NCBI GenBank assembly: GCA_030390025.1
Contig: CM059433.1
Coordinates: 21,020,001-21,084,000, forward strand
Length of the DNA: 64,000 nucleotides
From: Squalus acanthias
Taxonomy: Eukaryota
Reading direction: 5' to 3'
Of this stretch, positions 48,357-60,086 are shown one piece after another. The notes below the pieces were generated by a model. The model was given only the letters and a program-made list of their open reading frames with translations. It did no database searches and was not told where the DNA came from. How positions within the stretch are numbered: the first letter of the stretch is position 1; each line of letters begins with the position of its first letter. Both the position numbers and the translations under genes were made by a program.

Positions 48357-51107
48357 ATGCCTACCTTGAAGAAGTTCTGCTCTTCTCTTCGACGGGATTT
48401 CCGTTTGGCTCTTCAACCTTGTTCATCTTCATTGATTTCAGTTTCCCTTCTCGTGTTTGATCAGGTATCTGCCAAGACTCGGTTTCACAGCCACATTACT
48501 TTCCTCAGCAACTGTCTCCGGTTCCGACTTATCCCACGTGGATTCCAAATAAACTTCCACCCTTCGTGTTTCGGATCCACCCAGGATTACAAATATCTCC
48601 AAGATATTCATCGTTCCTCGAACTACTGCTCTCGCCGCATCTTGAGATCCACGCTCAATGCCATGCGGCGCCACATGAACACTCTCGACATCTCTCTTCA
48701 GCAGCACCGACGCACTCTATCTCAAAGCTGTCCGGGTCCACAGTTCCATTTCATCCTTAGACTCATCCGACGCTTCAACAAAAAACTTTTCTTCTTCCTT
48801 TCCGATGTCAAGGATCGCAAGCTTCAACAACTCTTGGACACTAAAGCCCCTCCGGAACCTTCTTCCCCTTCACTTTCCTCTGACCCCCCTTCTCCCAATC
48901 TCACCCCCTGCCGCGTTTTCACTATCCCCTCTGACCTTCCCCTCTCTGACTCCGAACGATCAGTCCTCAGCAAAGGCCTGAGCTTCATCCCCTTACGCCC
49001 CCATCTCAATGAATTTCGAGCTCGGCACGATGCTGAGCTCTTTTTCCGCCGCCTCCGTCTCCGTGCCCACTTCTCTGGCCAGGAGTCTTCCCCCCGCACG
49101 GCTGACCCTTTCTCCCGCTTTCAGAATTCTCGTTCCACCTGGACCCCTCCCTCTGGCCTCTTACCCTCTCTTGATCTTTTCATTGCTAACTGCCGCCGTG
49201 ACATCGGCCAGCTCAATTTCTCTGCTCCCCTCACTCACTCCAACCTACCTCCCTCTGAACTTGCAGCACTCCATTCTCTCCGATCCAACCCTGACATTGT
49301 CATTAAACCTGCTGACAAGGGTGGCGCTGTTGTTGTTTGGCGAACCGACCTCTACCTAGCGGAAGTTGAACGCCAACTCTCTGACACCTCCTCCTACCTC
49401 CACCTGGACCATGACCCCACTACCGAACATCAAGCCACCGTGTCCAAGACTGTCACTGACCTCATCTCCTCTGGAGATCTTCCCCCCACGGCCGCCAACC
49501 TCATAGTTCCCCAACCCCGCACAGCCCGCTTCTACCTCCTTCCCAAGATCCACAAACAGGACTGCCCCGGTAGACCCATCGTTTCAGCCTGTTCTTGCCC
49601 CACGGAACTTATCTCTTCCTATCTCGACTCTATTTTTTCTCCCCTTGTCCAGTCTCTTCCCACCTACATCCGCGACTCTTCCGATGCCCTCCGCCATTTT
49701 AACAGTTTCCAGTTTCCCGGCCCCAACCGTCTCCTCTTCACTATGGACGTACAATCCCTCTACACCTCCATTCCCCACCAGGATGGCCTGAGGGCGCTCC
49801 GCTTCTTCCTTGAACAGAGGCCCAACCAGTCCCCATCCACCACCACCCTCCTCCGCCTGGCTGAACTTGTTCTCACATTGAACAACTTCTCCTTTGACTC
49901 CACCCATTTCCTCCAAATTAAAGGTGTTGCTATGGGTACCCGCATGGGTCCTAGCTATGCCTGCCTTTTCGTGGGATATGTGGAACACTCTTTGTTCCAG
50001 TCCTACTCGGGTCCCCTCCCTCATCTCTTTTTCCGGTACATTGATGACTGTATCGGTGCCGTCTCCTGCTCTCGCCCTGAACTAGAACATTTCATTCACT
50101 ATGCTTCCAATTTCCACCCTTCCCTCACCTTCACATGGTCCATCTCCGACTCTTCTCTTCCCTTCCTCGACTTCTCCATCTCCATCTCTGGGGATAGGTT
50201 ATTGACTAACATTCACTACAAGCCCACCGACTCCCACAGCTACCTGGACTACACTTCCTCCCACCCCGCCTCCTGTAAGGACTCTATTCCATTCTCCCAG
50301 TTTCTCCGTCTCCGCCGCATCTGCTCTGATGATGCCACCTTCCATACCAGTGCTTCCGACATGTCTTCCTTTTTCCTCAACCGAGGATTCCCCTCTACCG
50401 TGGTCGACACGGCCCTCGACCGTGTCCGTTCTATCTCCCGCACATCTGCCCTCACCCCTGCCCCTCCCTCCCGGAACCACGATAGGGTTCCCCTTGTCCT
50501 CACCTTTCACCCCACCAGCCTCCACATTCAACGGATCATCCTCCGCCATTTCCGCCACCTCCAGCGTGATCCCACCACCAAACACATCTTCCCCTCACCT
50601 CCCCTTTCAGCATTCCGCAGGGACCGCTCCCTCCGCGACACCCTAGTCCACTCCTCTACCACCCCCAGCACCCCTTCCCCTTCGCCCGGCACCTTCCCGT
50701 GCACGCGCAGGAGATGCAACACATGCCCTTATACCTCCCCTCTTCCCACTGTCCAGGGCCCCAAACACCCCTTCCAGGTGAAACAGCGATTTACTTGTAC
50801 TTCCTGCAATTTAGTATACTGTATTCGCTGCTCACGATGTGGACTCCTCTACATTGGGGAGACCAAACGCAGATTGGGTGACCGCTTTGCGGAACACCTC
50901 CGTTCAGTCCGTAAGGGGGACCCCGAGCTCCCGGTGGCCTGTCACTTTAATTCACCGCTTCACTCCCACTCTGACCTCACCGTCCTCGGCCTAATACACT
51001 GTTCCACGGAAGCTCAGCGTAAGCTCGAGGAACAGCACCTCATCTTTCGTTTAGGCACGCTACAGCCCTCTGGACTCAATATCGAGTTCAACAATTTTAG
51101 ATCATAA
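48357..51107 (+). CDS. PLE polyprotein: reverse transcriptase + Cys-rich linker + GIY-YIG endonuclease (916 aa from MPTLKKF; frame open upstream to 48093)
   Basis: RT motifs FYLLPKIHK, GRPIVS, FTMDVQSLYTSI, QIKGVAMGTRMGPSYA, FRYIDD and LPFLD. Linker CTRRRCNTC, GIY-YIG LVYCIRCSRCGLLYIGETKRRLGDRFAEH and C-terminal GLN. No stops or frameshifts. The start codon is inferred. Confidence 0.93.
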   Translation: MPTLKKFCSSLRRDFRLALQPCSSSLISVSLLVFDQVSAKTRFHSHITFLSNCLRFRLIPRGFQINFHPSCFGSTQDYKYLQDIHRSSNYCSRRILRSTLNAMRRHMNTLDISLQQHRRTLSQSCPGPQFHFILRLIRRFNKKLFFFLSDVKDRKLQQLLDTKAPPEPSSPSLSSDPPSPNLTPCRVFTIPSDLPLSDSERSVLSKGLSFIPLRPHLNEFRARHDAELFFRRLRLRAHFSGQESSPRTADPFSRFQNSRSTWTPPSGLLPSLDLFIANCRRDIGQLNFSAPLTHSNLPPSELAALHSLRSNPDIVIKPADKGGAVVVWRTDLYLAEVERQLSDTSSYLHLDHDPTTEHQATVSKTVTDLISSGDLPPTAANLIVPQPRTARFYLLPKIHKQDCPGRPIVSACSCPTELISSYLDSIFSPLVQSLPTYIRDSSDALRHFNSFQFPGPNRLLFTMDVQSLYTSIPHQDGLRALRFFLEQRPNQSPSTTTLLRLAELVLTLNNFSFDSTHFLQIKGVAMGTRMGPSYACLFVGYVEHSLFQSYSGPLPHLFFRYIDDCIGAVSCSRPELEHFIHYASNFHPSLTFTWSISDSSLPFLDFSISISGDRLLTNIHYKPTDSHSYLDYTSSHPASCKDSIPFSQFLRLRRICSDDATFHTSASDMSSFFLNRGFPSTVVDTALDRVRSISRTSALTPAPPSRNHDRVPLVLTFHPTSLHIQRIILRHFRHLQRDPTTKHIFPSPPLSAFRRDRSLRDTLVHSSTTPSTPSPSPGTFPCTRRRCNTCPYTSPLPTVQGPKHPFQVKQRFTCTSCNLVYCIRCSRCGLLYIGETKRRLGDRFAEHLRSVRKGDPELPVACHFNSPLHSHSDLTVLGLIHCSTEAQRKLEEQHLIFRLGTLQPSGLNIEFNNFRS

Positions 51108-51382
51108 CCTCAGCTCCAATCACATTTATATTTTATTTTATCCACCCTTTTATTTGTCCCCCCCACCTTTTTTTTCCTCCTAGAAGCTGGCAGCTGTCCT
51201 TCATTCTGCCAGTAGATTTCACACTTCATTCAGCCTTAATCTGTCACATTAACACCACCTCTAGCCTTGCATATCTCTTAATGTCTCTTAATGTCTCTTC
51301 ATCTCCTCCTTTGTTCCTTTATCCCCTCCTCCTTTTCCCAGCTTTACCCTGCCTTAAATCTATTTGATTTCCAGCTCTTCCC

Positions 51383-51419
51383 AGTTCTGATGAAAGGTCA
51401 TCGACCTGAAACGTCAACT
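51383..51419 (+). ncRNA. Minimal type I hammerhead ribozyme in the PLE pLTR (copy 2)
   Basis: Identical to 48185-48221; predicted cleavage after 51415. Confidence 0.88.
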
Positions 51420-52247
51420 CTCTTTCTCTCTCCACGGATGCTGCCTGGCCTGCTGAGTTTTTCCAGCGTTTTCTGTTGTTATTCAAGAAGGATTCTGTTG
51501 GCTTTTGGCTTGCTGCCTGTCCGGAAGTGTCGGTAAAAATCAGAAACATGGGATCTGGGTGGTACATTGGCAGGTAAGTCACCCGGTGGATTTTAACTAC
51601 TTATCCACCCAGTTTCCACCAGTCGGGTAAAGTTGAAATCCCTAATCCGGGTAATTAAATATGATACAGTAGCAGAGAGTGAACACAGTAGATTTCACTT
51701 GATTACATAACATTTGAATTAAGCCTCCTTGGAATACAAAAGTAATAAAACGTGCAACACTTGGCTCACTCTTTTAAGAAACCTGGGCCAGCGTAACCAA
51801 CTTGGTGTACGTGAGGTTTACTTTACCCCACAAAGTCTTCCGATGTTCGCCCTTATCTCAGATAGGCCTGGAAAAACAAAAAGACACAGCAGGCTGTCTT
51901 CTGTCCCCTTTGAGATTCAAACTGGGACACAGGAAATCTTTCATGGCAGAACAAAACTACAAAACCAAAGCGATGGTTTCCTGAACCTCCAACAGATGAT
52001 AGGCACAAATCCATTTGCACGTGCCATTTAAAAATCCATTTTTACCGACACTATCGGATAGGCACCTTTACCTTGAGTTGATTATCTTTAGGACAAAGCA
52101 GTCAGGCTGTGTTAAGTGGTTTTCACTTACTTTGTAATCAAAGCATAATCACATAAGAAGAATGTCTTGGTGATGCTTGTAGAATCCAGCTAGACAAACT
52201 GCTGCAGCAAACGCAATCTAAAGTGACTGCTAAAATCTTGGATATTC

Positions 52248-52752
52248 AAAACATAGAAACATAGAAAAATAGGAGCAGGAGTAGGCCATTCGGCCCTTCG
52301 AGCCTGCTCCACCATTCACTATGGTCATGGTTGATCCTCTATCTCAATACCATATTCCCACTCTCTCCCCATACCCCTTGATGCCTTTTGTGTCTAGAAA
52401 TCTATCTATCTCCTTCTTAAATATATTCAGTGACTTGGCCTCCACAGCCTTCTGTGGTAGAGAATTCCATAGGTTCACCACCCTCTGAGTGAAGAAATTT
52501 CTCCTCATCTCAGTCCTAAATGTCCTACCCCGTATCCTGAGACTGTGACTCCTCGTTCTAGATGCCCCAGCCAGGGGAAACATCCTCCCTGCATCCAGTC
52601 TGTCTATCCCTGTCAGAATTTTATACGTTTTAATGAGATCCCCTCTCATTCTTCTAAACTCTAGTGAATACAGCCTAATCGACCCAATCTCTCCTCATAC
52701 GACAGTCCTACCATCCCAGGAATCAGTCTGGTGAACCTTCGCTGCACTCCCT
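52248..52752 (-). mobile_element. CR1 LINE 3' portion
   Basis: ORF 52344-52649 starts MRGDLIKTYKIL. (AAACATAG)n tail. Confidence 0.92.
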
Positions 52753-53439
52753 ATATAGAGACTTTTTATGATTTGAGATAATAGAAATCTCCCTCTCCAT
52801 CACAAATACCTCTGGAAAATATTAATTTTGTAATTTGACATCTGTGACCTCTTAAACTTCACTGCTACTTTAATCTTTTAGAATTCCCATTTCTACCCTA
52901 ATTATTCCTTTTTATTATGATACCGAAAGAATGTTTGTTGGAATCTTCTACTGCTGTCTCCATAGCCTTTTTTATGCCTCTATTATCTCTTTTAAGCTGT
53001 TTTGTATATCACTGTACTCCTCCCAAAGTTCACCCCATCTTTCTCCCAGAGGCTTGTTATATTTATTTTTCTTTCTAATTTCCATTTTAATTGCCCTATT
53101 TCCATTTTAATTCTACCCATTGGTTTCCCGCATGCTCAGCTAAGCCAATCAGACCAAAAAGCACTTAGAGGTATACGTACTAAACAGCAGCATTATCAAC
53201 ATTTTGCAGATTTCAGCTCATTAAGGGCATCGTTAGCTGTTTAAAAAGTGCCATAGCTGCATTGTTGGCAAGGTAATATTATCGGCTGTTCGGTTGTGCG
53301 TTTTGTTATAGCACCGTCAAACGCCTATGAATCCCAAGAGTAAATGAGCACACTCCAGCATCAGTGTTATTACTCAAAATCATATCTAACCTGCAATTTA
53401 CCCATTTTTAGTGCACAGAAAAAAAATGCTACTCATCGT

Positions 53440-53830
53440 TACATAAGAATTTCAAAGAACAGGGAAAGACCATTAGACCCAACAAGTCTGACCCTTCTTA
53501 TTGATCTCAGGTATACCGACCTGCTTTCTCCCTCATCCCTTCTCTCTTCAGAAATGCATCCAGTTGCCTCCTTAATCCATTTTTACGTTTCACTCCAATT
53601 GCATTCCCTGGTCAGTTTTTTCGACAAACCTCTTACATTTGTAATAGACAACCCGATTTCCCCTTCTTACATGAATTTTAACCGTGCATCGCCTGGTATT
53701 TGAACCATATTTGGGACCTAATTTGTTAATTCTCTTCATAATCTTGAAAACTTTAATTGAATCACCTCAATGGCTATTTTGTTTTACAAAGAGAACAGAT
53801 GAACTTGTTCAACCTTTCCTGATAATTTGG
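53440..53830 (-). mobile_element. Very old CR1-like 3' fragment
   Basis: CATAAGAA...AGACCATTAGACCC start and residual ORF2-end motifs. Confidence 0.4.
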
Positions 53831-54634
53831 AGTCGTGATTTTTGTATTGGAATAACTGCGAGGTGGAATCCAGTGTCAGACATGTGATATTACAACTCAG
53901 GGAGTGTTGTTACAGTGGCAAATAAATGGTTAAGAGTGAGGTTGCCTTTTACTTTCTAGGTGAGGTCACAGATGAACAGCGAGAAAGAGAGAAGAGGGTT
54001 TAATGAGATGTCTGTTCCTTAGCAGCTATGATAATGTGCTGTGTCCTTTTTGATATCTTCAGATATCCATCATAATAAAAGGACGAGGCAGTGCAATTAC
54101 TCAAAGGAAATTTGAAATTAACTCTTATATTGTTACATTACTTAAAATTCTATTGTGACAAAGTTTAGACCTCCCCTTGGATTGCTATGTGCATCACACA
54201 AGCCACTATCGCCTTATTTGTAGCAACACTAGGTTACCTTAATGCTTCATTGAAAGCCATCTTTGATCATTCATCTTATTTTATAAGATTATATGTTTTC
54301 CTGAATAGCTCAGTTCTTTCTTTATCCATTTAAACCATGATCGATTTACTCATGAATATTGGCCAAATTTTAAAACGAGATTTTTTTCCTATCTGTTCTT
54401 GATAAGTTACATCAAAAATGCTGATTATACTTTCAGTATATTCTGTGACAGAAAATATCTGTAATCTGTGCTACCTTTGCACTGGATAATTTTTCATGTT
54501 AAGCAGAAGATCCAAATGCCTTCTGATGATCTTATCCATTGGAGCAATTGTTCTCAAACCTTTTTGGAACTGTCTTCTCAATATCCAACTAGTTGTGGAT
54601 TCTGGTACCGGTAAGTCTACAAAGCTTACAGTTG

Positions 54635-54838
54635 TCCATTCTCCTTCTGTCTCACGTTTCTGTTTTTTTATCACTTCTTTCACTTCTGTTTCTCTTTCTT
54701 CACTTTTATCTTTCCACTTCTTTCCCTCTTCGTTGTTTCACTTATTTTCTCTTTCCTCCATTTACTTCTCACTTTTTCTTTTTCCACTCCCATTTCCTAC
54801 TCTTCTGTTTTTATCCCTCTCTTTTCTTTTCCCATTTT
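54635..54838. repeat. CT-rich low-complexity tract
   Basis: Pyrimidine-rich on the + strand. Confidence 0.85.
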
Positions 54839-56024
54839 TAAAACGTGTGGAGATACTGTGAGAGCGGAGAGGGATTTAGCAGGATACCATAGCCAATTAG
54901 GAATCAAGCAGCAAGTTGCAACCAATCAGGGGTCAGGCACCTCACCCCGAAAAGCCAACTAAGGACCAGTGGCTTAGAATTTTTACAAATGCTAATAATA
55001 GCATTGAAACAGGTCTCAGAAGTTGCTGGTGAAAGTCCAGCAAGGCTGCTGGCCGACTTGATTAGGCACCTTCAAAACATTCAGAGCACACTTACCCTGT
55101 CAGCTGTCAGTCATTTCACAAACACTGTTTTTCTTTATTTAAACTGTGTTTGAAGTTTCTTGCTGTCATTGATAAAAATAAGCATTTGAATTTGAACAAT
55201 GCCAACACAGATTGGTAACTGAAGTGGTGTTACTATCCATTCAAGTTTGTCAGAGAAAATTGATCTTAAGCAGGATTTGGCCCCCAGTGATATTTAATAT
55301 TGATCACGAAAAGAAAAGGTTCATATATTACTATTTTGCTGTCACTATTTGCTCTAAATACACTTTACAAATGATGTAGTCTGAAAATATTGCCAAAATG
55401 TGCGAAGTATCTGCCTAGATTCAATGTCACGGCTCACATATAAAGGATGGCTAGTTGGACAAGGACCAGATACCCTAACACGACCGTGAAGAGGGGGGAG
55501 AACTGTCTGCTTAGTGGAATGAATGTGTTGGAGTTGCAGATTATTTTTGATTGGGGCAGGTCATCTTTGTAAGGAGCGTCAGTGGAAGGTAGCACCAGAT
55601 TTCAGGAAGGTAACTATGGTGCAGGCAATGTATTGACTACAAAATGAAGTGACTCACTTGATTAAATCGATGATTTTTCTGGTTCCTATTTTCTGTTGAT
55701 TTATATTTGTTAAAGTGAGGGGGTTACACTGGCAAGGACTGGAACATGTTTCCTCCTTTACTCACTCGCAGCATCAAACGCTCTCCAAGTAGTCACTCTC
55801 AGACCTCTGTGCCATTCAAACAATGGCCTTGAATTTCCATAGGGGTTCCAAGGAAATGACAGCAGGAGATTGGAAGAACTCCTGTGGAAAATCAGGTCCA
55901 ATGGGGTTAACTTTTTAAATGCTATAATAGTATCTCCGGACCAGCTTTTGTTTAAAGGATCAAGGTGGCTCAGCAGATGATTTTCTGGGTAATTACACCA
56001 GGCTGTCTGATATTAAGCTTTATA

Positions 56025-56155
56025 GATCAGGACGTCCCAGGTTAAGACCCCTGGTCTGTGCTGAGTTAGCTGATCTCAACCAGGGAAGTACTGTAGTTGG
56101 GGCACAACAATTAAAAATCAGCTAGGTTTCCTGTTCTGACTGCTTTCCACTGATC
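56025..56155 (+). mobile_element. Fragment of an older SINE-like family (related pieces at about 5120-5180, 41800-41843 and 42695-42757)
   Basis: Recurring GGTCTGTGCTGAGTTAGCTGATC motif preceded by a B-box-like sequence. Confidence 0.5.
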
Positions 56156-56220
56156 CTCAGGTGAACTTCTGAACCAGACACAGGACAGGCATCAGCAAGG
56201 CTAGGCCAACTCCTCAACAG

Positions 56221-57173
56221 AACCCAGATTTTGCCTTTCAACATCTGGTAGACAAACTGCACCTCACCCAACACAACTTATTCCACTGCCTCCAAATCAA
56301 GCATTTCCTCGAATGCCCAGCCCGAAAGCTCCACCCCTCGAAAAGTGCATTGCCACACACAGTCTGGTCATGTCTCCAAATTCAGCCCTTTAAAGTAGCG
56401 GTTAGGAGTCTACTGAGAAGATGGTGGGCCTCATGGTCTCTGTAGATCGAGATCTGTGCCCATTGGACCTACCTGCTGGACAGCGAACCCTTCTGAAAAA
56501 GGAAAGCTGGCACAGCTGTCATTGCTAAACTCCAACAATTACTGGTTGATTTATGCTGCTCCACTGTTTGCTTCACGCAAACAACATCTCGCCCTTTGCC
56601 TCCACATTATTTTTAAGAATTTGCTGAATTTGCACATTAATTGCCCATTAAACTCGCCACAGAAAGTTAAGTCTAGTAATTAAATAGCGTAATACCCTTT
56701 TAACAACATGGTAATTGTTAATGACTGCCAATCAACCTCTCTGGCCCAGAAAGTGAACAATTTAAACTGTTGAGTCTCGTTCCTTCAGGTAGTGAATTGT
56801 TGTTGGAGATTTTAAAAATGTCAAATTTTAAATTAAAAAAAAAAATTCTTACTTTTCCTTTCTGTCCCTTTTTTCTCTCTCTCTTAACCCATTCTTTCTT
56901 TCCCTCTCTTTATTTCTCTTTATGTACCTGATTTGACTTTAATTTGCGCTCAGTCGTTCCTCTGTTTCTTTCTCAATCCTTAAATCTCATTGGTTAAGGA
57001 GGCACACTGTTCGTCCCACCATTCATTATGGTCCCAGATGCCCCATTGCCTTCACCATGACATTATCAGCTCGCACTTCCAACAAGGGCGCTAAAACATT
57101 TTGAGCTGAAGGGTGCAGGAGAGGGTCGAACAGCACGTGCAGTGAAATGCCACGCACCAGCAAGATCTGGCTC
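56221..57173. mobile_element. Family H3 non-autonomous element
   Basis: TIR-like CCAGATTTTGC / GCAAGATCTGG. Core is homologous to 17940-18435. No clear TSD; the left boundary is uncertain. Confidence 0.6.
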
Positions 57174-57844
57174 ATTCTGCTCCCTCCTCAAATAGCGCCT
57201 TGTTGTGAACAGGTGCACAACTATACCTAAAACTCCAATTACCAATGTTTCCTGCATAACTAGTGTGTGATAACATTGTACAGCAACTCCACAAAATATA
57301 TGTAACTATCCACTTTTCTGAAGGGAAAACTTTTAAATATTGTTTACAAATATTGTCATAAAGGAAAACTTGGATTTATATTGAAAGTAGAAAATATCAT
57401 TCAATAATCAAACGTTTAAGCTTTCAGGGAGCACCTTCTGTTCTACAACTGTAGACATACCAGGTCCCACTCCATCTGCTTCAGTGGCTTGTCTGAATTA
57501 AATTGCTGAATTAATTCCAACTGTGGACAGTTTTGTGTTTTGGTCTTCTGTCAGCAGGGGACTAATTGAAACACTTGTCATTGCAATGTTTTTCTTTTTA
57601 AAGAATTTTCAGAGAGAGAGAGAATACTTTTATCCCATATGTCAGGGCTGTAATCAGATCAATACCAGGAGAAGAATACATTTTTCATTTTTTTTAAATT
57701 CCCAGCATTAACATTTTCTTAATAAACTGTTCAATTAATTCATAGTTATTTTAGTCAGCAACCACTGTTTTAAGACCTGAGTCTAGATTTTCCAATCAGC
57801 ATTAACAAAAACTTTGCATAAACATTGGCTAAAATGCACAAGTG

Positions 57845-58578
57845 GCTACCCTTGTGTGTTGTTAGTTGTTATGATTGGACTAGGATGAGGGTGAGTGTGA
57901 GGGGTGGCTAGTGAGATGGGGAAGTGATGATGTAGATAGAGAGGGATGGGTGGAGGTGCAAGGTATGTTGGTGTGAGTAAGGATGTGCAGCAGTAGGGTA
58001 GGGAAGGCAGAGTGATGGGGATGTGATGAGTGGCACAGCAGGATGAGGTTGAGTGTGGCTTTGCAGTAATGTTTCGTGATCTACTGAGATCATTAAAAGA
58101 TTTGCGCCACTGCAGCCTGGTCCTCCTTACGACATCCCTGCTTGTGTCCTCCTGTGCAATGTGCAACCAGGCTGCGTTGGTCTCCTGGGGAGGTCTCTTG
58201 CCCATCGGAAGGGAAGAGAACCTCCCTGCATGCTGTGACTCCCTCCATAAGCATATGGAGGGAGTCATGGGAGAGCCTGGGTGCAGCCGTGCACCTCTGT
58301 GCAGTGCTTGTCAGTGTTTGCAGCATCTCAATGCTGTAGAACACTCACAGTGCAACTGTCAAAATCAATTTGCTCATTTAAGGAAACCAGCTGATGAATG
58401 TCAAATTACGTCATCAGACCCGATTCCTTCAATTGGCCGGCAAACGCGCTGGGCGGGCTTAACAAGCCCAATCAATGTAAAATCATTTTACACAGCGGGC
58501 TGAAGCCAGCAGTGGGGGTCAGGACCCGCCACCGACATCGCCCGCCCCGGACCCACCGAGGTAGGGGAAATTGCGGCC
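57845..58578 (-). mobile_element. Harbinger remnant with a frameshifted Myb/SANT ORF (about 58075-58295)
   Basis: AAPRLSHDSLHMLMEGVTACREVLFPSDG / KRPPQETNAAWLHIAQE...RRTRLQWRKSFNDL. Terminus GGGGAAATTGCGGCC. Confidence 0.7.
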
Positions 58579-58651
58579 TTAGAGTCTGGTATGCACCAGC
58601 ACCTTTGGATGAAACAGCCAGGTCTGTCTTTTGGTAGACCTCAAAGATAAG

Positions 58652-59715
58652 GGCCGAGAGATTCCGCTAGTTTGTGCGGGTTTTACCATCGCAATTCACT
58701 GGAAATCGGTCAAACCAGCGCAATAGATCAAGTAACTTTAAGTACAAGTTGCATCAAGTGTAACTCGAATTGCCGCGATCTTAAACGCTGGTTTAAAAAA
58801 CATTGCGCTGGAAGCCGGCCCCGCCCAAAAAACTGGCCGCTCCCCCAGATTGAAATAATGAGCATGGCGAGTTTCCACCGATTTGAGAAGTCTCTTAAAA
58901 TTAAGCTTTCTTTTTTAGGCACAAAGGCACATTCTAAAAGTTCTTAAATATTAAAAAAAAATAATTTACTGTGAAGCCGACTAGTGTACTCCGATGAAAC
59001 TAGTAAATAGTTCAGGATAGTATTTTTTGACGTAATTTTCAGTGATTTACTATCAGCTTTTACTCACAGGTGAAGGACTAAACCCATTTTCAGCTGTATT
59101 AATAAAACTGCACCAGGTTACCACTCTTAAATACATAGGGGAGAAATTCGGTAACTTCGCTACTTTTAGCGCCCCGAAAGAGTTAGCGCCCTTGCACCGT
59201 AAATTCAGTGGTAGCGCCTGGGGCGATATTACTGAATATCACGCTGCTACGTGCAACAGCGCCATGTGCGTCGGCATGTAGCGCAGCGGTATTGCAGGCC
59301 TCCCTCCCTGAGTGGGCTGAGTGATCGCGGCCAGCACCCCGAAGAAAAAAGGGGAAGGGGGCCGGTGCTGGCAGTCGGCCCAAAAAAAATGGCCGCCCGA
59401 CACCTGCCCTTTAACTTGTGCCGCCGCGGCTGCAAAAACGCCACCCTGACCCTAGTGGACATATCATCCGGCGGTAGGTCAGGGGCGCAACTGAAGTTTG
59501 CGGCCGGGGCGTGAGCGGGGCAAAGCAACCCACTTTTTCCCCCATAGCGAATATATTTTACTGCAAGGAAAGAAAAAATACGCTGGCCGATTTTGCAGGT
59601 TTATGGAAGATTTTACATTTGTGATTATGCAAATAAGTTGGATTGGAACCAGCACAATTTCAAGTGCAATTTGCGTCCAGATTGCCGATTGCGCCCAAAG
59701 CGGAAACTCTACCTC
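58652..59715. mobile_element. Harbinger-type MITE (outer element of a nest)
   Basis: TIRs GGCCGAGAGATTCCGCT / AGCGGAAACTCTACCTC with AAG on both sides. Confidence 0.65.
59138..59543. mobile_element. H2-related MITE (inner element of the nest)
   Basis: GGGGAGAAATT...ACTTTTTCCCCC termini with TSD ATA. Shares CGCTACTTTTAGCGCCCC with the reverse complement of 26878-26895. Confidence 0.75.
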
Positions 59716-60086
59716 AAGCTATTGTACATAGATGATGTGACTTTCAGTTTGTCATGGTGTTTGGCTGCCTTTGCCAGGAATAAAGTTCAGCAGCTCAAGT
59801 TGTGATATTTGCCATGGCATTTCTTTCATGCCATTTTTTTCAAGGCAACAACCAGACATTTTTACAGATTTTACACTATGGGGTTGATTTACAACTGCCA
59901 TCTTGGTCTAAAACTAGCATTGTGAATGGTGCTGAAATAGCTAAAAATGAAGCTGAAAGAGATGTATGAATCTTAGCAGATTTGATGCGAAACATTTCCA
60001 ACCAATGCAGACCAGTATTCAACAAAGCCAATAGGATGTTAAATTACATAGCCAATACTAGAATATACGTCAGAGGTGGAAATGAT

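Larger units (their letters stand above)
46182..51483 (+). mobile_element. Penelope-like retroelement (Neptune-type), partial tandem: 5'-truncated copy followed by a full-length copy
   Basis: Direct repeat with period 3198 bp (46182-48285 = 49380-51483). Flanked by duplicated TTCAAGAAGGATTCTG (46170-46185 and 51482-51497, including terminal microhomology). Contains an RT + GIY-YIG ORF and a hammerhead in each pLTR. Confidence 0.95.

Noticed and set aside
46386..50722. Duplicated minus-strand ORFs of 60-146 aa
   Set aside because: Antisense shadows of the C-rich PLE ORF with no domain features.
47910..51483. LTR retrotransposon with two LTRs
   Set aside because: No gag, integrase, PBS or TG...CA ends. 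The repeats include ORF sequence and the enzyme is RT + GIY-YIG, so these are PLE pseudo-LTRs.
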